From an uncultured virus (IMG/VR IMGVR_UViG_2576861459_000003) (taxonomy: Duplodnaviria > Heunggongvirae > Uroviricota > Caudoviricetes), in IMG/VR virus record IMGVR_UViG_2576861459_000003, positions 1-64,000 of that record: 64,000 bases of DNA; one strand, given 5' to 3'. Under the pieces are notes generated by a model. It was not told the origin of the DNA and did no database searches. It saw only the letters and a list, made by a program, of their open reading frames with translations. This document shows, in pieces, positions 30,050-41,159 of the stretch. Each line of letters starts with the position of its first letter. Position 1 is the stretch's first letter. The position numbers were made by a program, and so were the translations under genes.

Positions 30050-31777
30050 TTAAAACACAAGCTCTTTTTTCTTTGTGCGAACCACCTCCAAGTCATAAAT
30101 TTCAATTTGAGGTGTTTGTCTGCCCTTGTATTCATTTACCCTTGCCTTACCAACAACATTAAGTATTAAAGTTCCATTTGATTGAGTAAGTTTCTCAAAG
30201 TATTCTGTTTCGCTTTTAAAGCGTATGTATTCAATATCTCCATGTTTAAACTTGACTGTTGTCTTGTTCTTTTTTCCTATGTGTTCTATTTTATCAACTT
30301 CAACTTCTAGTTCTGTTACTGCTACTAATGGTTCTTCGACCTTATAGCCCCAATAATCTTTATAGCTATACAGCTTAATTAAAAATTCCTTTCTAAGTTG
30401 ATTAGCTGGTATCTCAAAGTCAACATTTTGAACTTCTTCACCTGTCTTTACATCTTTAAATTTTTCATTTAGAACTTCATTAACCAAAATCAAGTTTTCA
30501 CGCTTGATTGCAAATCCGGCTGCATTTGGATGGCCTTCAACAAATTCAAACAGCCCTGTATCTGTTAGCTCTTTTTTAAAGTCTTTGATGTAGCCAATCT
30601 CATACCCTCGAATAGACCCGCTCAACATCCCTTCTTCTTCATCGCTTTTTCTAGCCAGCAAAACTGGCTTTTTATATTCACCTGCAAGTACATTTGCTAC
30701 TAGCCCAGTCAAGCTTTTATCCAAAATTCCCTCAGTGTAGACTATAAGCACTTTATTAGCTGCCAAATTCTTTTCTTCAATTCTGTTTTTAATTTCCACT
30801 GTAGCTGCATCAACAATGCGTTTCTGTTTAGCTTTAAGGTTCCCCAGAATCCTGGCCGTGTCCTCGTGAATTGACACCAGATTGATTTCATCTTGTCCGC
30901 GTTTCTTATATGGAACTTTTTCTTTAGACAACAAAAATGACCTCAACAATTGATCTTTTTCTTCAGTGCTACCGACTCTTATAGCTGCATTAATTAATGG
31001 ATTAATAAAGAACTGTGTGTTCTGTATGTTTTTGCAACCCTTGGTTGAAAACTCTTGCTTTTTAAAAAGCTTTTTGATTAATGGGTGCTTAATGTTCCTC
31101 AAGCCTTCATTCATAAAGTACCTGGTCTCTAAATTTCTTGAATCAGCTGAATCTGCTATGTTACCAATAGAAACAAGATCTAAAAATTGTTCCGCTTTGG
31201 TTTTACCTAGCTTATAATCAATGGACTGGCAAAGCTTATATGCCATTCCAGCACCCGTTAATGTTTTGTTTGAATACTCAGTCGAGAGTTGATTATTGAC
31301 TACTATAGCGTGCTTAGATTCTCTTTCACATTCATGATGGTCAATAACAATTACATCTACGCCATTCTTTTTTAGCTCTTCATGTTCATCGAATTGGCCT
31401 GATCCAGCATCCGGAATTAAAACTAAGTCGACATCATCCGGAATTGTATCAATAAAAATGCCGTGCTCTTTACCCTCATGAATTCGGTATCGTATATCAG
31501 CTTTCGGATAAATTGCTTTTATGTAATTGATAATAATTGAACTGGATGTGTACCCATCTACATCGCTATCCACCTGAACAAATATTTTATTTTTAGTCTC
31601 TAAATGCTTTATTAAACAATCAGCTGCTTTATCAATGTTGTTGAGTTTTGAAAAATGAATGACTGAGCTCTGGTTCACATCAATAAAGCTCTGAGGATTT
31701 TCAATTCCTCTGTTCTTTAAGATTGTAAATAATGGGTTGAAATTATAATCATTGTTGCCAATGAGCTTATAAGCCAC
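30050..31777 (-). CDS. yorK: RecJ-like ssDNA exonuclease (DHH family)
   Basis: DSDVDG, DHH, GSIR, GHPNAAG motifs. Confidence 0.93.
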   Translation of the reverse strand: MAYKLIGNNDYNFNPLFTILKNRGIENPQSFIDVNQSSVIHFSKLNNIDKAADCLIKHLETKNKIFVQVDSDVDGYTSSSIIINYIKAIYPKADIRYRIHEGKEHGIFIDTIPDDVDLVLIPDAGSGQFDEHEELKKNGVDVIVIDHHECERESKHAIVVNNQLSTEYSNKTLTGAGMAYKLCQSIDYKLGKTKAEQFLDLVSIGNIADSADSRNLETRYFMNEGLRNIKHPLIKKLFKKQEFSTKGCKNIQNTQFFINPLINAAIRVGSTEEKDQLLRSFLLSKEKVPYKKRGQDEINLVSIHEDTARILGNLKAKQKRIVDAATVEIKNRIEEKNLAANKVLIVYTEGILDKSLTGLVANVLAGEYKKPVLLARKSDEEEGMLSGSIRGYEIGYIKDFKKELTDTGLFEFVEGHPNAAGFAIKRENLILVNEVLNEKFKDVKTGEEVQNVDFEIPANQLRKEFLIKLYSYKDYWGYKVEEPLVAVTELEVEVDKIEHIGKKNKTTVKFKHGDIEYIRFKSETEYFEKLTQSNGTLILNVVGKARVNEYKGRQTPQIEIYDLEVVRTKKKELVF

Positions 31778-32913
31778 TAAATCCCTCCTTCATTCGTATT
31801 GATTTCAATTTTTCTTCTCATCAACTCCTCTAAAACGTCTTTTCCCTTATCAGCTGGACTGTCTTTATAATCCAACATGTTTTCAAAATCCCATAAAACA
31901 TACACACGAACATACGGCGTAAATTTTGCTGCAAGCTTCAAGATTTTTTTCTGATACTCTAGCAGTTTACGTTGATACATTTCCTCCGTTTCATGGTCTT
32001 TCGGTGGCCGGTATTTATCGAGAGCAATAAACACTTCTTCCACTCCAAGAGAAAGTAAGATATCACGGTGAAAATTTGAAATGTTGTTTGAACAGACTGC
32101 ACATGTGAAATTTGCTTCACCATAAAAGTCCTGGCATTTTAAAACAGATTTTTCTGATTCAAAAATTAAGGCTTTTTTAAACCTTTCAATAGAATCTTTT
32201 GTTTTATGTAATCCATATAAATTCATCATGGTCTGATGATTATACAAGGTGTTCCCAACTTTTAAAGGCATATATTTATACCCGGCATCAACTTCTTCTT
32301 TAATAAGAGATCGTCTACGTATACCAATCAATCTATTATTTAAATCTCGATGTGGAATGGTTATACCTTCTGTGTAGCTTCTAAAATAGTAACCAATTTC
32401 AAAGTCATTTAATGTTTGCATGCTTATTCCCTCGTCCAACCACATTTGATGGGGATAAGGCATAAACACATCTAAAACAGTCTCATTGAAGCTGGGAAGT
32501 TCAATACCTATCTTTTTCCTCTTTTTGAACTTCCCCATCCATTCCCAGTCATCAATTAAATCATTATTCGTGAATGTCACCCTATTACCGAAACCAAATG
32601 TTCTCCCAGCTAGCCTTGCAACATACTCAATGGCTTGATTGAAGGATATATTGATCCCTTTTTGTCTTTTTGCTCGTATTACAAGCTCAAAGACATCGAA
32701 TGTGTCTCCACATTCTGTATAGCAATGAAATTGCTTTGCTTCGTGGTAATAATACAGTTTGTAGCTTCCACTAGAAGCGTTATGGCAAACGGTTCTGTAT
32801 ATTGGGTTTCCTTGTTGATCCCATTGATTATTTTCGCTACCCAATTCTTTTAATATTTTATGTATATCCTCAAGCGTAAGACTTTCTTTTATTCTGTCTT
32901 TATCATATTTCAA
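31777..32913 (-). CDS. yorJ: phage DNA primase
   Basis: N-terminal Zn finger CH..C..C, TOPRIM-like E and D motifs. Confidence 0.85.
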   Translation of the reverse strand: MKYDKDRIKESLTLEDIHKILKELGSENNQWDQQGNPIYRTVCHNASSGSYKLYYYHEAKQFHCYTECGDTFDVFELVIRAKRQKGINISFNQAIEYVARLAGRTFGFGNRVTFTNNDLIDDWEWMGKFKKRKKIGIELPSFNETVLDVFMPYPHQMWLDEGISMQTLNDFEIGYYFRSYTEGITIPHRDLNNRLIGIRRRSLIKEEVDAGYKYMPLKVGNTLYNHQTMMNLYGLHKTKDSIERFKKALIFESEKSVLKCQDFYGEANFTCAVCSNNISNFHRDILLSLGVEEVFIALDKYRPPKDHETEEMYQRKLLEYQKKILKLAAKFTPYVRVYVLWDFENMLDYKDSPADKGKDVLEELMRRKIEINTNEGGI

Positions 32914-32928
32914 AGGGTGCTACACCCC

Positions 32929-34443
32929 TTATCCTGCTTTAACATTCAATTTTTCAACTGTAATTAATTCGTTATCGAGATTTGTTGTGAAACAATCCTT
33001 GATCCGCATATTTCCCATATTTATATGGGAGAAGACTTTTACTTTGTCGTACTCATTTCCCCTGTTCTTAAATACGTGTGTAACAAAATTTGGCTCTGAG
33101 TAAAAACCTGCTTTTAAAATCGGATCAATAGCATCCTTCTCTTTTTTACTTAAGGGTAGAATAATCATTGCAGCATCAGTCTTATCTGCAATAGCTTTAC
33201 TTCCTCTAAGGTAAGATGCATCTATAACTTGTCCTTTTTGCCATGCCTCTTTCCATTCACCATTTAATTGAGTAGCACTCATCATATAGACATCGTATTT
33301 GTTGCATAAGCCCTTTAACTTATCAGACATAAGCAAAAGGATTTGATCCTCTCTTAGGTTGACGCCGCTTTTTTTACTCATCTCCGAAAAAATTGTCACC
33401 GATGAGTGAATATAATCAAAGTAAATGTACTCAACATTATTTTTAATTACATTCTTTTCAATCGTTCTCTCGATCTCCTGGATATTGAAATCTGGAAGAT
33501 GCTCGAACCAAATATTGGACTCTTGAAGAACTTTAGCAGCTTTGCGCACAAGCTGTTTTTCTTGCTCATTAATAGTATTTCTGAGTATTTTTTTCTCTTC
33601 TACACCACTGATATAGGCAAGAGCCAAGCTTTGCAATTCCTCTGCCATCATTTCCGTTGAGATGACCGCGGAACTTTCATTCCAAGGATTTTTCACCCAT
33701 TCTTTCTTTTTAAGGTCGTACAACTCAGTTGCACTTAATCGACAAGCATCAGCAACCATATTTCTTGTTTTACCTCCGCCTGTAATACTTGAGCGAATAT
33801 AAAACTTTTTCTTACGAGACCCACGGAAAATTGACGTAAGCATTTCGCTATTTAGTGGTACTCCAATATCTGGCGACTCCTCAAAAGAATCTAATAACTC
33901 ATCAATGCCTTCTCCACCTTGAATTCCCACGCTTTCGGATGAGGTTCGAAACTTCTCTTTTACATCTACAATCTTCATTTCATAAGCTGCTAGAATTTCA
34001 TCAATCGATTTCTTATCAAACTGTTCCTGCATTTTTTCTTGTTCTTTTGGATCAATTATAGTTTCATCATAAATCTCCTTGATATCGAAACCTAAGCCGC
34101 TCATTTCTCTGAGCAAACTAAATTTTTTTAGTCTTTTATAGTGGTAATCAAAGTTTTCGACTACAGCCAACTCTTGAATTCTCTCGATGTATTCAAGGCC
34201 ATTGTTATCATGAAAAATCTTATATTGAATGTCGTAATCTTTTAGATATCCATCTATCTCAACCTCATTCAATACTTCCGTCCCTTGCTGGAATAAGTTA
34301 CTCATAGCAAAAAACAGTATTGAGTGAAATCTTGAAGGGAAATCATCCGAAGTAATCCTATACTTGTTGCTTTCAGACAAGATTGTGGGATCCTTGAGTA
34401 TGCTTCCTAAAACCTGAATAATTGCTTTTTTGTCTTGTAGCAA
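32929..34443 (-). CDS. yorI: DnaB-like replicative helicase
   Basis: TGGGKT Walker A, STEM, FDYI, ATQLN, KNR motifs. Confidence 0.9.
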   Translation of the reverse strand: MLQDKKAIIQVLGSILKDPTILSESNKYRITSDDFPSRFHSILFFAMSNLFQQGTEVLNEVEIDGYLKDYDIQYKIFHDNNGLEYIERIQELAVVENFDYHYKRLKKFSLLREMSGLGFDIKEIYDETIIDPKEQEKMQEQFDKKSIDEILAAYEMKIVDVKEKFRTSSESVGIQGGEGIDELLDSFEESPDIGVPLNSEMLTSIFRGSRKKKFYIRSSITGGGKTRNMVADACRLSATELYDLKKKEWVKNPWNESSAVISTEMMAEELQSLALAYISGVEEKKILRNTINEQEKQLVRKAAKVLQESNIWFEHLPDFNIQEIERTIEKNVIKNNVEYIYFDYIHSSVTIFSEMSKKSGVNLREDQILLLMSDKLKGLCNKYDVYMMSATQLNGEWKEAWQKGQVIDASYLRGSKAIADKTDAAMIILPLSKKEKDAIDPILKAGFYSEPNFVTHVFKNRGNEYDKVKVFSHINMGNMRIKDCFTTNLDNELITVEKLNVKAG

Positions 34444-34457
34444 ATGGACTCTCCTTC

Positions 34458-34928
34458 CTATAATGTTGAGATGTCAACAAGTCCCCTTTTCTTTCTCAAT
34501 CCCTTTTTTATAACTAACGTGATTTCTTCTCTTTTGTGATTTTTAGGGTCTTCAGCTGATTTTTGGATTGCCTTTTGTTTAATGTAATGTCGCTTGGCCT
34601 CGTCATATACAAAAGGGACGATTCCAATGCCGTCACCTTCTCTTGGATGATTCTCCAGTGTTTCATAAAAGTACTTAAGCGCAAGCTCGATTCCTTTTAG
34701 CTTATACCCATATTCCTCTTGAAACTCTTTGATCTGTTTTAGCATCATACCTGTCGGAGATGCAAGACCATATAAGTTGCATATGTATTGAAGTAAATCT
34801 TTTCGATGGTCTGCCTCTTGTCTCCACGTGTTGAAGCACTGTTCATGGTAGTATCTTTTTTTATAAGGAATCGCTAAATCCTTATCTAATTTAGTCTCAC
34901 AATATGGACATTTGACTTGTCTTCCCAA
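34458..34928 (-). CDS. yorH: zinc-binding replication accessory protein
   Basis: CPYC..HEQC; synteny. Confidence 0.75.
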   Translation of the reverse strand: MGRQVKCPYCETKLDKDLAIPYKKRYYHEQCFNTWRQEADHRKDLLQYICNLYGLASPTGMMLKQIKEFQEEYGYKLKGIELALKYFYETLENHPREGDGIGIVPFVYDEAKRHYIKQKAIQKSAEDPKNHKREEITLVIKKGLRKKRGLVDISTL

Positions 34929-34969
34929 ATAATCACCCCTAATAAGGAGGAGGGAATAATCCCCCCAGT

Positions 34970-35941
34970 TTATTTAGATAGAAGATCTTTTAGGTCATCC
35001 AAGATTACAGACATGACGTTTACTTGTTTGCGGCTGCATTCAGTCACTTTAACTCCCTTGCCTAAATGCTTCTCTGTAATCTCATTAACCTCTTCCAATC
35101 GTCCCTCTCCATTGAGCTTAATTCCAACTTCTTTGATTTGCTCCATCAAAGAGTCATAATCAAGCTCCTCTGAAGCATTGTTTTGTTTTTGCTCTTCATA
35201 TGTAACAGCAACAATACCTTCTGCTTCTTCCTGTCTTTCAACTGCCTCGATAATGGCCTTCTCCAGGTTCTCTGCAGTGAATTCAGGAAGGTATGTGTCA
35301 ATGTAATCGAATCGGCTTCGAGCGAAATACTCATCTGTTTCAGCCAGCCAGGCGCTTGATTTAATAACCTTTCCATCTTCATCAACTCCATTAGAAGTTA
35401 GATAGAGGACAATATCACTGTTATCAAGTACTGGAGCTAAAACTCGCTTATCTCCTTTCGGTTGTACCTTCCCTTTTTTGTCTTCTGCAGCATGAGCTAT
35501 AAAAATAACGGTAAATCCGACACTGATTAGTTTGTTAATTTCTTCCCATACTTCAGTTTCATACTCTTTCCAAAGTCCATAACCGTCATTTCCGTCTTTA
35601 ATCCGTTCAACATCATATTGTTCACAAACATATCTTGTTGCATATTTAGCGAATGCGTCTACTTCATCAACAATGATTGACTGATACCTTTCTTTGGCCT
35701 TTTCAGCATTTTTGTTTAACTGCTTGTTTACCTTTTTAAAATCAGCCCAACTATTGACAGGCATGAATGGAACACCAGCAATAGCATTCAATCCTTTTTC
35801 GAATGGGAGATATAAGGGTTTTTTCATTCTTGTGCTCTGTTTTGTCTTACCTAGATTATTCGGCCCATAGACTGTTATAACTTTTCCTTCTGTTCCTTTT
35901 GCTACTACAGAAATTTGAGGGTTGAAAATATCGATTGCCAT
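34970..35941 (-). CDS. yorG: AAA ATPase, Sak4-like recombinase
   Basis: YGPNNLGKT Walker A, IVDE, FIAH. Confidence 0.82.
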   Translation of the reverse strand: MAIDIFNPQISVVAKGTEGKVITVYGPNNLGKTKQSTRMKKPLYLPFEKGLNAIAGVPFMPVNSWADFKKVNKQLNKNAEKAKERYQSIIVDEVDAFAKYATRYVCEQYDVERIKDGNDGYGLWKEYETEVWEEINKLISVGFTVIFIAHAAEDKKGKVQPKGDKRVLAPVLDNSDIVLYLTSNGVDEDGKVIKSSAWLAETDEYFARSRFDYIDTYLPEFTAENLEKAIIEAVERQEEAEGIVAVTYEEQKQNNASEELDYDSLMEQIKEVGIKLNGEGRLEEVNEITEKHLGKGVKVTECSRKQVNVMSVILDDLKDLLSK

Positions 35942-36030
35942 TTAAGCTCTCCTTTATTTTTGAATTTGATGGGTGAGTCGAAGCCCACCCCAGATATGTA
36001 TCTTAAGTTAATAGATTTTATTTTTATCTA

Positions 36031-36945
36031 TTAAAATGGGAGGTCATCATCTGAAATTTCAACCGGCTTTGAAGGCTTGTTATTAGGAGCGCTTCCTCCA
36101 AACCCAGACTTTTTATCGTTTTCTTTATTTCCTTCCTTCTTCAGCTCATCTAGGTAAATCTCTCTTTCAGTCAACGCTTTTTTAATTGCATCTGCCTTAA
36201 AAGCATTTTTGCTATCCTCATCATATGGATCATTGCCACCTGTAATTAGGTACTCTCTTTTCGAATTAGTAGTGATTTCTTTCTTGTCTTCGCCAAATGC
36301 TGCTGTTTTGGTCGTTACTTTTTGCTCTTTAAAGTTAATAATCTTTCCAAAAACGTTAACCGTAGACCCTTTTTCATAATTATTTTCAACGTATTGAGAC
36401 CCTTCTTTTGTGACTACAAATTCAAAAGGAATTACTTTCCCACCATATAAAGGAATATAACCATTTAAATTAACTCTGCCCGTTTCTTCACCTTTTACTT
36501 TCTCTTCGGTTACATTCTTTACAAACAGCTCAACATCAAATTCAGCTCTTGGATTGAATTCTTCATTGGCATCTAGCCTGTTTACAAAATTAGTTGTTAA
36601 TTGTGGGTATGATTTGAAAATCCCTTGGGCGTAATATTCGTTCAATCCAATCTTTCCTTGGGTAATTCTCACTTTGTCAGCTTCATCTCTCCCATGTTCT
36701 GCAATGGACTTATATTCACTGATAATGGTTTGATAACCTTTTGCAATAGCATTGTCGGTGCCGTCGTCTTTCTTATACTTTGAAAAGCCTTTTACTGTAT
36801 GCACTTCATTTGGTGCAACCTCAATATCTAGTTCAATATTTAGCCCTTTACCACTTTTCCACTCAGTGTGTTTTACCTCAGCAAGTGTCCCCTCAATAGT
36901 TACAACATTTGATGCTTCACGTAATACTGTTTTATTTTCTGCCAT
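36031..36945 (-). CDS. yorF: ssDNA-binding-like protein
   Basis: Acidic tail DDDLPF; start MAENK, 304 aa. Confidence 0.8.
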   Translation of the reverse strand: MAENKTVLREASNVVTIEGTLAEVKHTEWKSGKGLNIELDIEVAPNEVHTVKGFSKYKKDDGTDNAIAKGYQTIISEYKSIAEHGRDEADKVRITQGKIGLNEYYAQGIFKSYPQLTTNFVNRLDANEEFNPRAEFDVELFVKNVTEEKVKGEETGRVNLNGYIPLYGGKVIPFEFVVTKEGSQYVENNYEKGSTVNVFGKIINFKEQKVTTKTAAFGEDKKEITTNSKREYLITGGNDPYDEDSKNAFKADAIKKALTEREIYLDELKKEGNKENDKKSGFGGSAPNNKPSKPVEISDDDLPF

Positions 36946-36967
36946 GTAAATAATCAACCTCTTTCTT

Positions 36968-37348
36968 TTAATTATTAATTTTATTTTTATTCTTAAAATG
37001 CCTATAATGAGACTTGCTACTAAACTTACAATCCTTGATGCCAAGTAGCTTATTTAATTCTATGTATCTCTTTTTTGGAAAGTCCCAAGGTTCAGGATCA
37101 CCTTTTACATTTTCAATCCTTATTACTGTTCCATGCCGGATTGTGATCTTTAAGTTTCCATATGAGTATGTTTTAGAAAAAAGACCTCTTTTAATTCCTC
37201 TTGGTTTAAATTCCTTTACCAACATCACATTCCTGGTTAACTTTCTTCTTGCTTGGTCTTCGTCAATGTCGTAATTCCTTTTGACATCATTTTTGTAGGT
37301 ATGTAAGGCTTCGGCAGATACTTTCAGTATCTTTAATTCCTTTTTCAT
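36968..37348 (-). CDS. yorE: hypothetical protein
   Basis: First gene of replication operon, AAGGAGG RBS; synteny. Confidence 0.65.
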   Translation of the reverse strand: MKKELKILKVSAEALHTYKNDVKRNYDIDEDQARRKLTRNVMLVKEFKPRGIKRGLFSKTYSYGNLKITIRHGTVIRIENVKGDPEPWDFPKKRYIELNKLLGIKDCKFSSKSHYRHFKNKNKINN

Positions 37349-37381
37349 CTCTTTCCTCCTTTCTCTCTTTGGGATAACTTA

Positions 37382-37431
37382 ATCTTACATCACCAAAACG
37401 GATTGGTCAATAACTATTTTATTTTTATTCT
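37382..37431 (-). promoter_or_regulatory. sigma-A promoter of the replication operon with SPBRE-like element
   Basis: AGAATAAAAATAAAA..TTGACC-17-TAAGAT. Confidence 0.72.
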
Positions 37432-37486
37432 CAAAAGTTTTAAAAAGAGTTGAGCTACTATCTGCAGCTCGACAAAGTGCTTTTAT

Positions 37487-37870
37487 TTAGCTGGAAAAGT
37501 TGCTAATCCTTTTAAGGTTGTTATCAATATGTTTTAATAAATGAAGTTTTTCATTAAAATTCGTATATTCCTCTTTAGTGATTTTCTTTGCTAATTGGTA
37601 TTGACTTGAATCTAATTGAACTTTATGACCGAGTTTATCTTTAATGATTACATGCTTAACATTAAATATCCTGTATACTTCATAAAAAGAGTTGATATCT
37701 AGATCATCATATTTATTTGCGCTATTGCCACTTTCTTTAATTCTATTGCCATCAATGTCTACAGGTCGTGTATCGATTGGTTTCACAAAATCACCCAATC
37801 GAGGTCTTCTATTAAGAGTTTTAAAGTAAACCGTTTCACCGTACTCGTTTTTTGCTGTTAAGAAATTCAT
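37487..37870 (-). CDS. hypothetical protein
   Basis: ORF track with AAGGAG RBS. Confidence 0.65.
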   Translation of the reverse strand: MNFLTAKNEYGETVYFKTLNRRPRLGDFVKPIDTRPVDIDGNRIKESGNSANKYDDLDINSFYEVYRIFNVKHVIIKDKLGHKVQLDSSQYQLAKKITKEEYTNFNEKLHLLKHIDNNLKRISNFSS

Positions 37871-38061
37871 CAGTTTCTCCTTTATCGACGATATTTTTTA
37901 GAATACCTCATAAAAGAAGAGCCGCTTAAATAGCAACTCAAAATGTTTATCTTATTAGCCTCCCACTCTAACTCCCATGACTCAGCCTCCAATAGAATTG
38001 ATGGACATAATACCACTCCTTTATTAATTCAATTATACCATTTACAAAGGAGTTTGAATAA

Positions 38062-38439
38062 TCAAATAACCTCACTCCAAGACCACATGTTCATTGTTTG
38101 CAGCGTAAACCCATCAGGAAGCTTTTTCATTTTAACATTCACATTGTATCTCTTCCCAGTAGTCTTATGGATCACAGCAAGTTCTTCACCATCATAGAAC
38201 CGCACAATTGCTTCATTAAATTCAATTGGCTGATCAACCACATAACCTTCTTTAAGCGCTCTGATATACAGATAAGGGTCTGTCTTATAAAGCTCATATA
38301 GTCTATTACCAAAGTCTTCGTGTTTATCTCTAAGTAGATTAAAATTAATCAGGGATATGTACAGTTTTTCAGATATGTTCAGCTTGTTCTTGAAATACCG
38401 GATTGCTTCATCTTGTTCTTTGGTTAAAATGTTGATCAT
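38062..38439 (-). CDS. hypothetical protein (YorC-like)
   Basis: 125 aa, AAGGAG RBS, synteny. Confidence 0.65.
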   Translation of the reverse strand: MINILTKEQDEAIRYFKNKLNISEKLYISLINFNLLRDKHEDFGNRLYELYKTDPYLYIRALKEGYVVDQPIEFNEAIVRFYDGEELAVIHKTTGKRYNVNVKMKKLPDGFTLQTMNMWSWSEVI

Positions 38440-38496
38440 TTAATCAAGCTCCTTTAAGTATAATGTTTAAGTGTTTTTATATGGGGGAATACGTGA

Positions 38497-38748
38497 ATGG
38501 AGGTGGTTCATTTGGAAAATAATCAGAAAATAACGCTAAACTCTTCTTTCGCGTTATCCACTCTTATTGTCTTACTTATTGCATTGTTCCCGGCCTATTC
38601 CTTTTGGTTTGTCACGATATTCTTTTTAGGATTTGCACTAATATACACATTTCAAAAAAATAAGAGTAAATCCTCAAAATTAATTGCCATTATCTCTTAT
38701 CCATTGTTTGTTGTAGCATTAGTTTACAGCATAATAAACAGCATATAA
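38497..38748 (+). CDS. small multi-TM membrane protein
   Basis: Hydrophobic ORF convergent with a secreted-protein gene. Confidence 0.6.
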   Translation: MEVVHLENNQKITLNSSFALSTLIVLLIALFPAYSFWFVTIFFLGFALIYTFQKNKSKSSKLIAIISYPLFVVALVYSIINSI

Positions 38749-38749
38749 G

Positions 38750-38780
38750 AATCCTCCCTTAGGTGGGAGGATCATTTTTT
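38750..38780. terminator. terminator between convergent genes
   Basis: atcctccc-ttaggt-gggaggat hairpin plus T tract. Confidence 0.7.
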
Positions 38781-39304
38781 TACATCACAGCAACTTTTGG
38801 GCCGCCTTTGTCCGTTATGATAAAGCTGTCACTTCCGATTTTTTTCTTTCGATCCTTATCTTCATAAATCGTTACATGGTGCTTTGTCATTAGAGTTGCC
38901 CCTGCCATCTTAAATTCCTGCTTATCCTTAAAGTAAACAATTTTATATTCGCCTAGAATAATCATGTTAGCTAGTCCAGCTAAATAAGAAGACCATCCCC
39001 CTGTAGGCAAATTTAATGCAAATCCTAATGTTTGAACGACTGCAGCAGTTGAATACTTGTCAAACTTGGTATCGCCGTATGTAGTTCCGGCATCTTGCCA
39101 ATCATCTGCAGTTGTCGAAAAATCTGGGCTCTTAATATTTGAGGCGGTCTTAAGTACATTGATTGGTTGGTGGTAATTATTGCTTTCAGTATCTTTCCTA
39201 CTTTGATTTAGCTCTTTTGCATTTACTCCTGCCCCAAAATCACAAAGCAAACCACTTACGAGTAAAGTTCCAACAACTCCAATTTTACCAATGTTGTTTT
39301 TCAC
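38780..39304 (-). CDS. secreted protein of unknown function (174 aa)
   Basis: GTG start after GAGGAGG; signal peptide MKNNIGKIGVVGTLLV..VNA. Confidence 0.7.
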   Translation of the reverse strand: MKNNIGKIGVVGTLLVSGLLCDFGAGVNAKELNQSRKDTESNNYHQPINVLKTASNIKSPDFSTTADDWQDAGTTYGDTKFDKYSTAAVVQTLGFALNLPTGGWSSYLAGLANMIILGEYKIVYFKDKQEFKMAGATLMTKHHVTIYEDKDRKKKIGSDSFIITDKGGPKVAVM

Positions 39305-39416
39305 ACCTAATTCCTCCTCTGAGTGTTTTATTATATTACACTCAGACATTACCCCAAAAATATCCATATAAACCACTTTCTATTTAATTTGTTTTCTTTT
39401 AAAACTACAGTTTTAT

Positions 39417-41159
39417 TTAGACTACAATATCTCCTTCTGCAGTCTTCAGCGTCCCACTGTCATATGTGTTATGGATTAGGGTTGTATTCTTTGCTTTATC
39501 TGTGCAATACGGGTGAGACAATAACTTCCCTCCAATTCCCCGCGCATCGTTTCTTACCAGACGTACTTTGTCCGTATTCTCCAAATACACTCCATATCCC
39601 TGGTCTGTTGAACGATTAAACATAATCTCATTATCCTTCAGCATGTGTTCTGATCCACCAGTCAGTTGAATAGCGATTAATGCTTTACAGAAATAAATCT
39701 GATTCTCACTAATTTGACAACTGTACTTCTCAGGAGTACCTTTAATTGCTACGTTTCTAGGCTCATGAATTTCATTTCGTTGCAGCGAAACGGAAGAGTC
39801 TTTATCCCAGAAGATGCCGTACCCAATCCCACTTAACAACAAGTCATTTCCCTTTAAACGAACTGACTGAGACCTTTCGCAATAAATTCCTCCGTACACA
39901 TTTACAAATTCATTATTAATTAGACTGATCCGGGTAGAGTCCATTATCTTTACAGCGTATGCTGAGATTGTTCCTTTCCCTTTGTTGTTCACAACCCTTA
40001 CATCATTTGAGTTTCTAACCTGGACTTGAATGCAGTCACTGTTCTCTATTCTGTTGTCTGTGATTAATACATCTTCTGCCTGATGTGTTGCAATTGGACA
40101 TGCCTTTATCCCTTCTAGAGTATTATTTGATATCGACACGCCTTTTCCTCTTGCGCAAATTCCTACTTCAAACCCTCTTACCGTATTGCCCTCAATTTGA
40201 ACTCTGTTTCCGGATTCCGTACTTGATACACCAACCGAGTCAATTCCGTATTTCTTAACCTCTGCATCATTGATTATCTTGTTGTTTTTAATGCTGACAT
40301 CAGTGCTGAATCCGTAAGAAATAACATTGTCACTGTAGTTTCCCTCAAGATTTACTTCACCGCTTGTGTGGGCTGTAACGGATCCACGCCCATTATTTTT
40401 AAACCTGCAGTTTCGTACAGTTAATTTGTATGGGTGATCATACTTAATTCCGTTTTCTCCAAAACCCTCTAAATCAATTCCTAATTGTGGCCCAATGGTA
40501 TCTCCCCCAGCTTCCTCTATATCACAGTCGTCTACAAGAAGACCTTCACAACCATTGGTAGCCAGATTATTTCTTCTCCCTCTTAAAAGAGTACACTTTC
40601 GAACGGTAACATTCTTTGAAGGCGTATACGCTCCTGAAGTGTTCATCATCCCATCGGCTGCTATCCAAATGTTATCTCCAATACAGTCAGAGACTTGCAC
40701 ATTTTCAATTAATACATTACTGCTGCCATGAATATGAATTCCGTATCCCCATTCATGTGTCCTTTTAATTGAAGTTACTTTTGAATAATCATGCTCGTAT
40801 CGATCCCCTATAATTTGACCGCCACGAATCGTTACATTGCTCGCTTGGCCAATATAAAAACAGGAGTAGCCTTGAGAATCATTAGGCAACACTTTAAAAA
40901 CAGCCTCTGGATGAAGTATTAACTCAATATTCGAAGGAATATTAATACCTCCGCCGAATTCAGGCAACCGCCTTGATGTATTCACAGCATCAATTAGATA
41001 GGTACCTTTTGGTATATGTACTTTATAGAATGATTTTGAGCTTGCGTACTTTAAAGCTCGGTTTATCCCTTCTGTCGTTTCAATAGCATTTGACCCTTTA
41101 TCATCAATTCCCCAATCCAGAGCATCAACAGAATAGTATAAGGGCTGCTGCATGTTCAT
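39417..41159 (-). CDS. yorA: right-handed beta-helix (pectin lyase-like) protein
   Basis: Repetitive I..N.I beta-helix pattern, IPKGTYLI; synteny. Confidence 0.82.
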   Translation of the reverse strand: MNMQQPLYYSVDALDWGIDDKGSNAIETTEGINRALKYASSKSFYKVHIPKGTYLIDAVNTSRRLPEFGGGINIPSNIELILHPEAVFKVLPNDSQGYSCFYIGQASNVTIRGGQIIGDRYEHDYSKVTSIKRTHEWGYGIHIHGSSNVLIENVQVSDCIGDNIWIAADGMMNTSGAYTPSKNVTVRKCTLLRGRRNNLATNGCEGLLVDDCDIEEAGGDTIGPQLGIDLEGFGENGIKYDHPYKLTVRNCRFKNNGRGSVTAHTSGEVNLEGNYSDNVISYGFSTDVSIKNNKIINDAEVKKYGIDSVGVSSTESGNRVQIEGNTVRGFEVGICARGKGVSISNNTLEGIKACPIATHQAEDVLITDNRIENSDCIQVQVRNSNDVRVVNNKGKGTISAYAVKIMDSTRISLINNEFVNVYGGIYCERSQSVRLKGNDLLLSGIGYGIFWDKDSSVSLQRNEIHEPRNVAIKGTPEKYSCQISENQIYFCKALIAIQLTGGSEHMLKDNEIMFNRSTDQGYGVYLENTDKVRLVRNDARGIGGKLLSHPYCTDKAKNTTLIHNTYDSGTLKTAEGDIVV

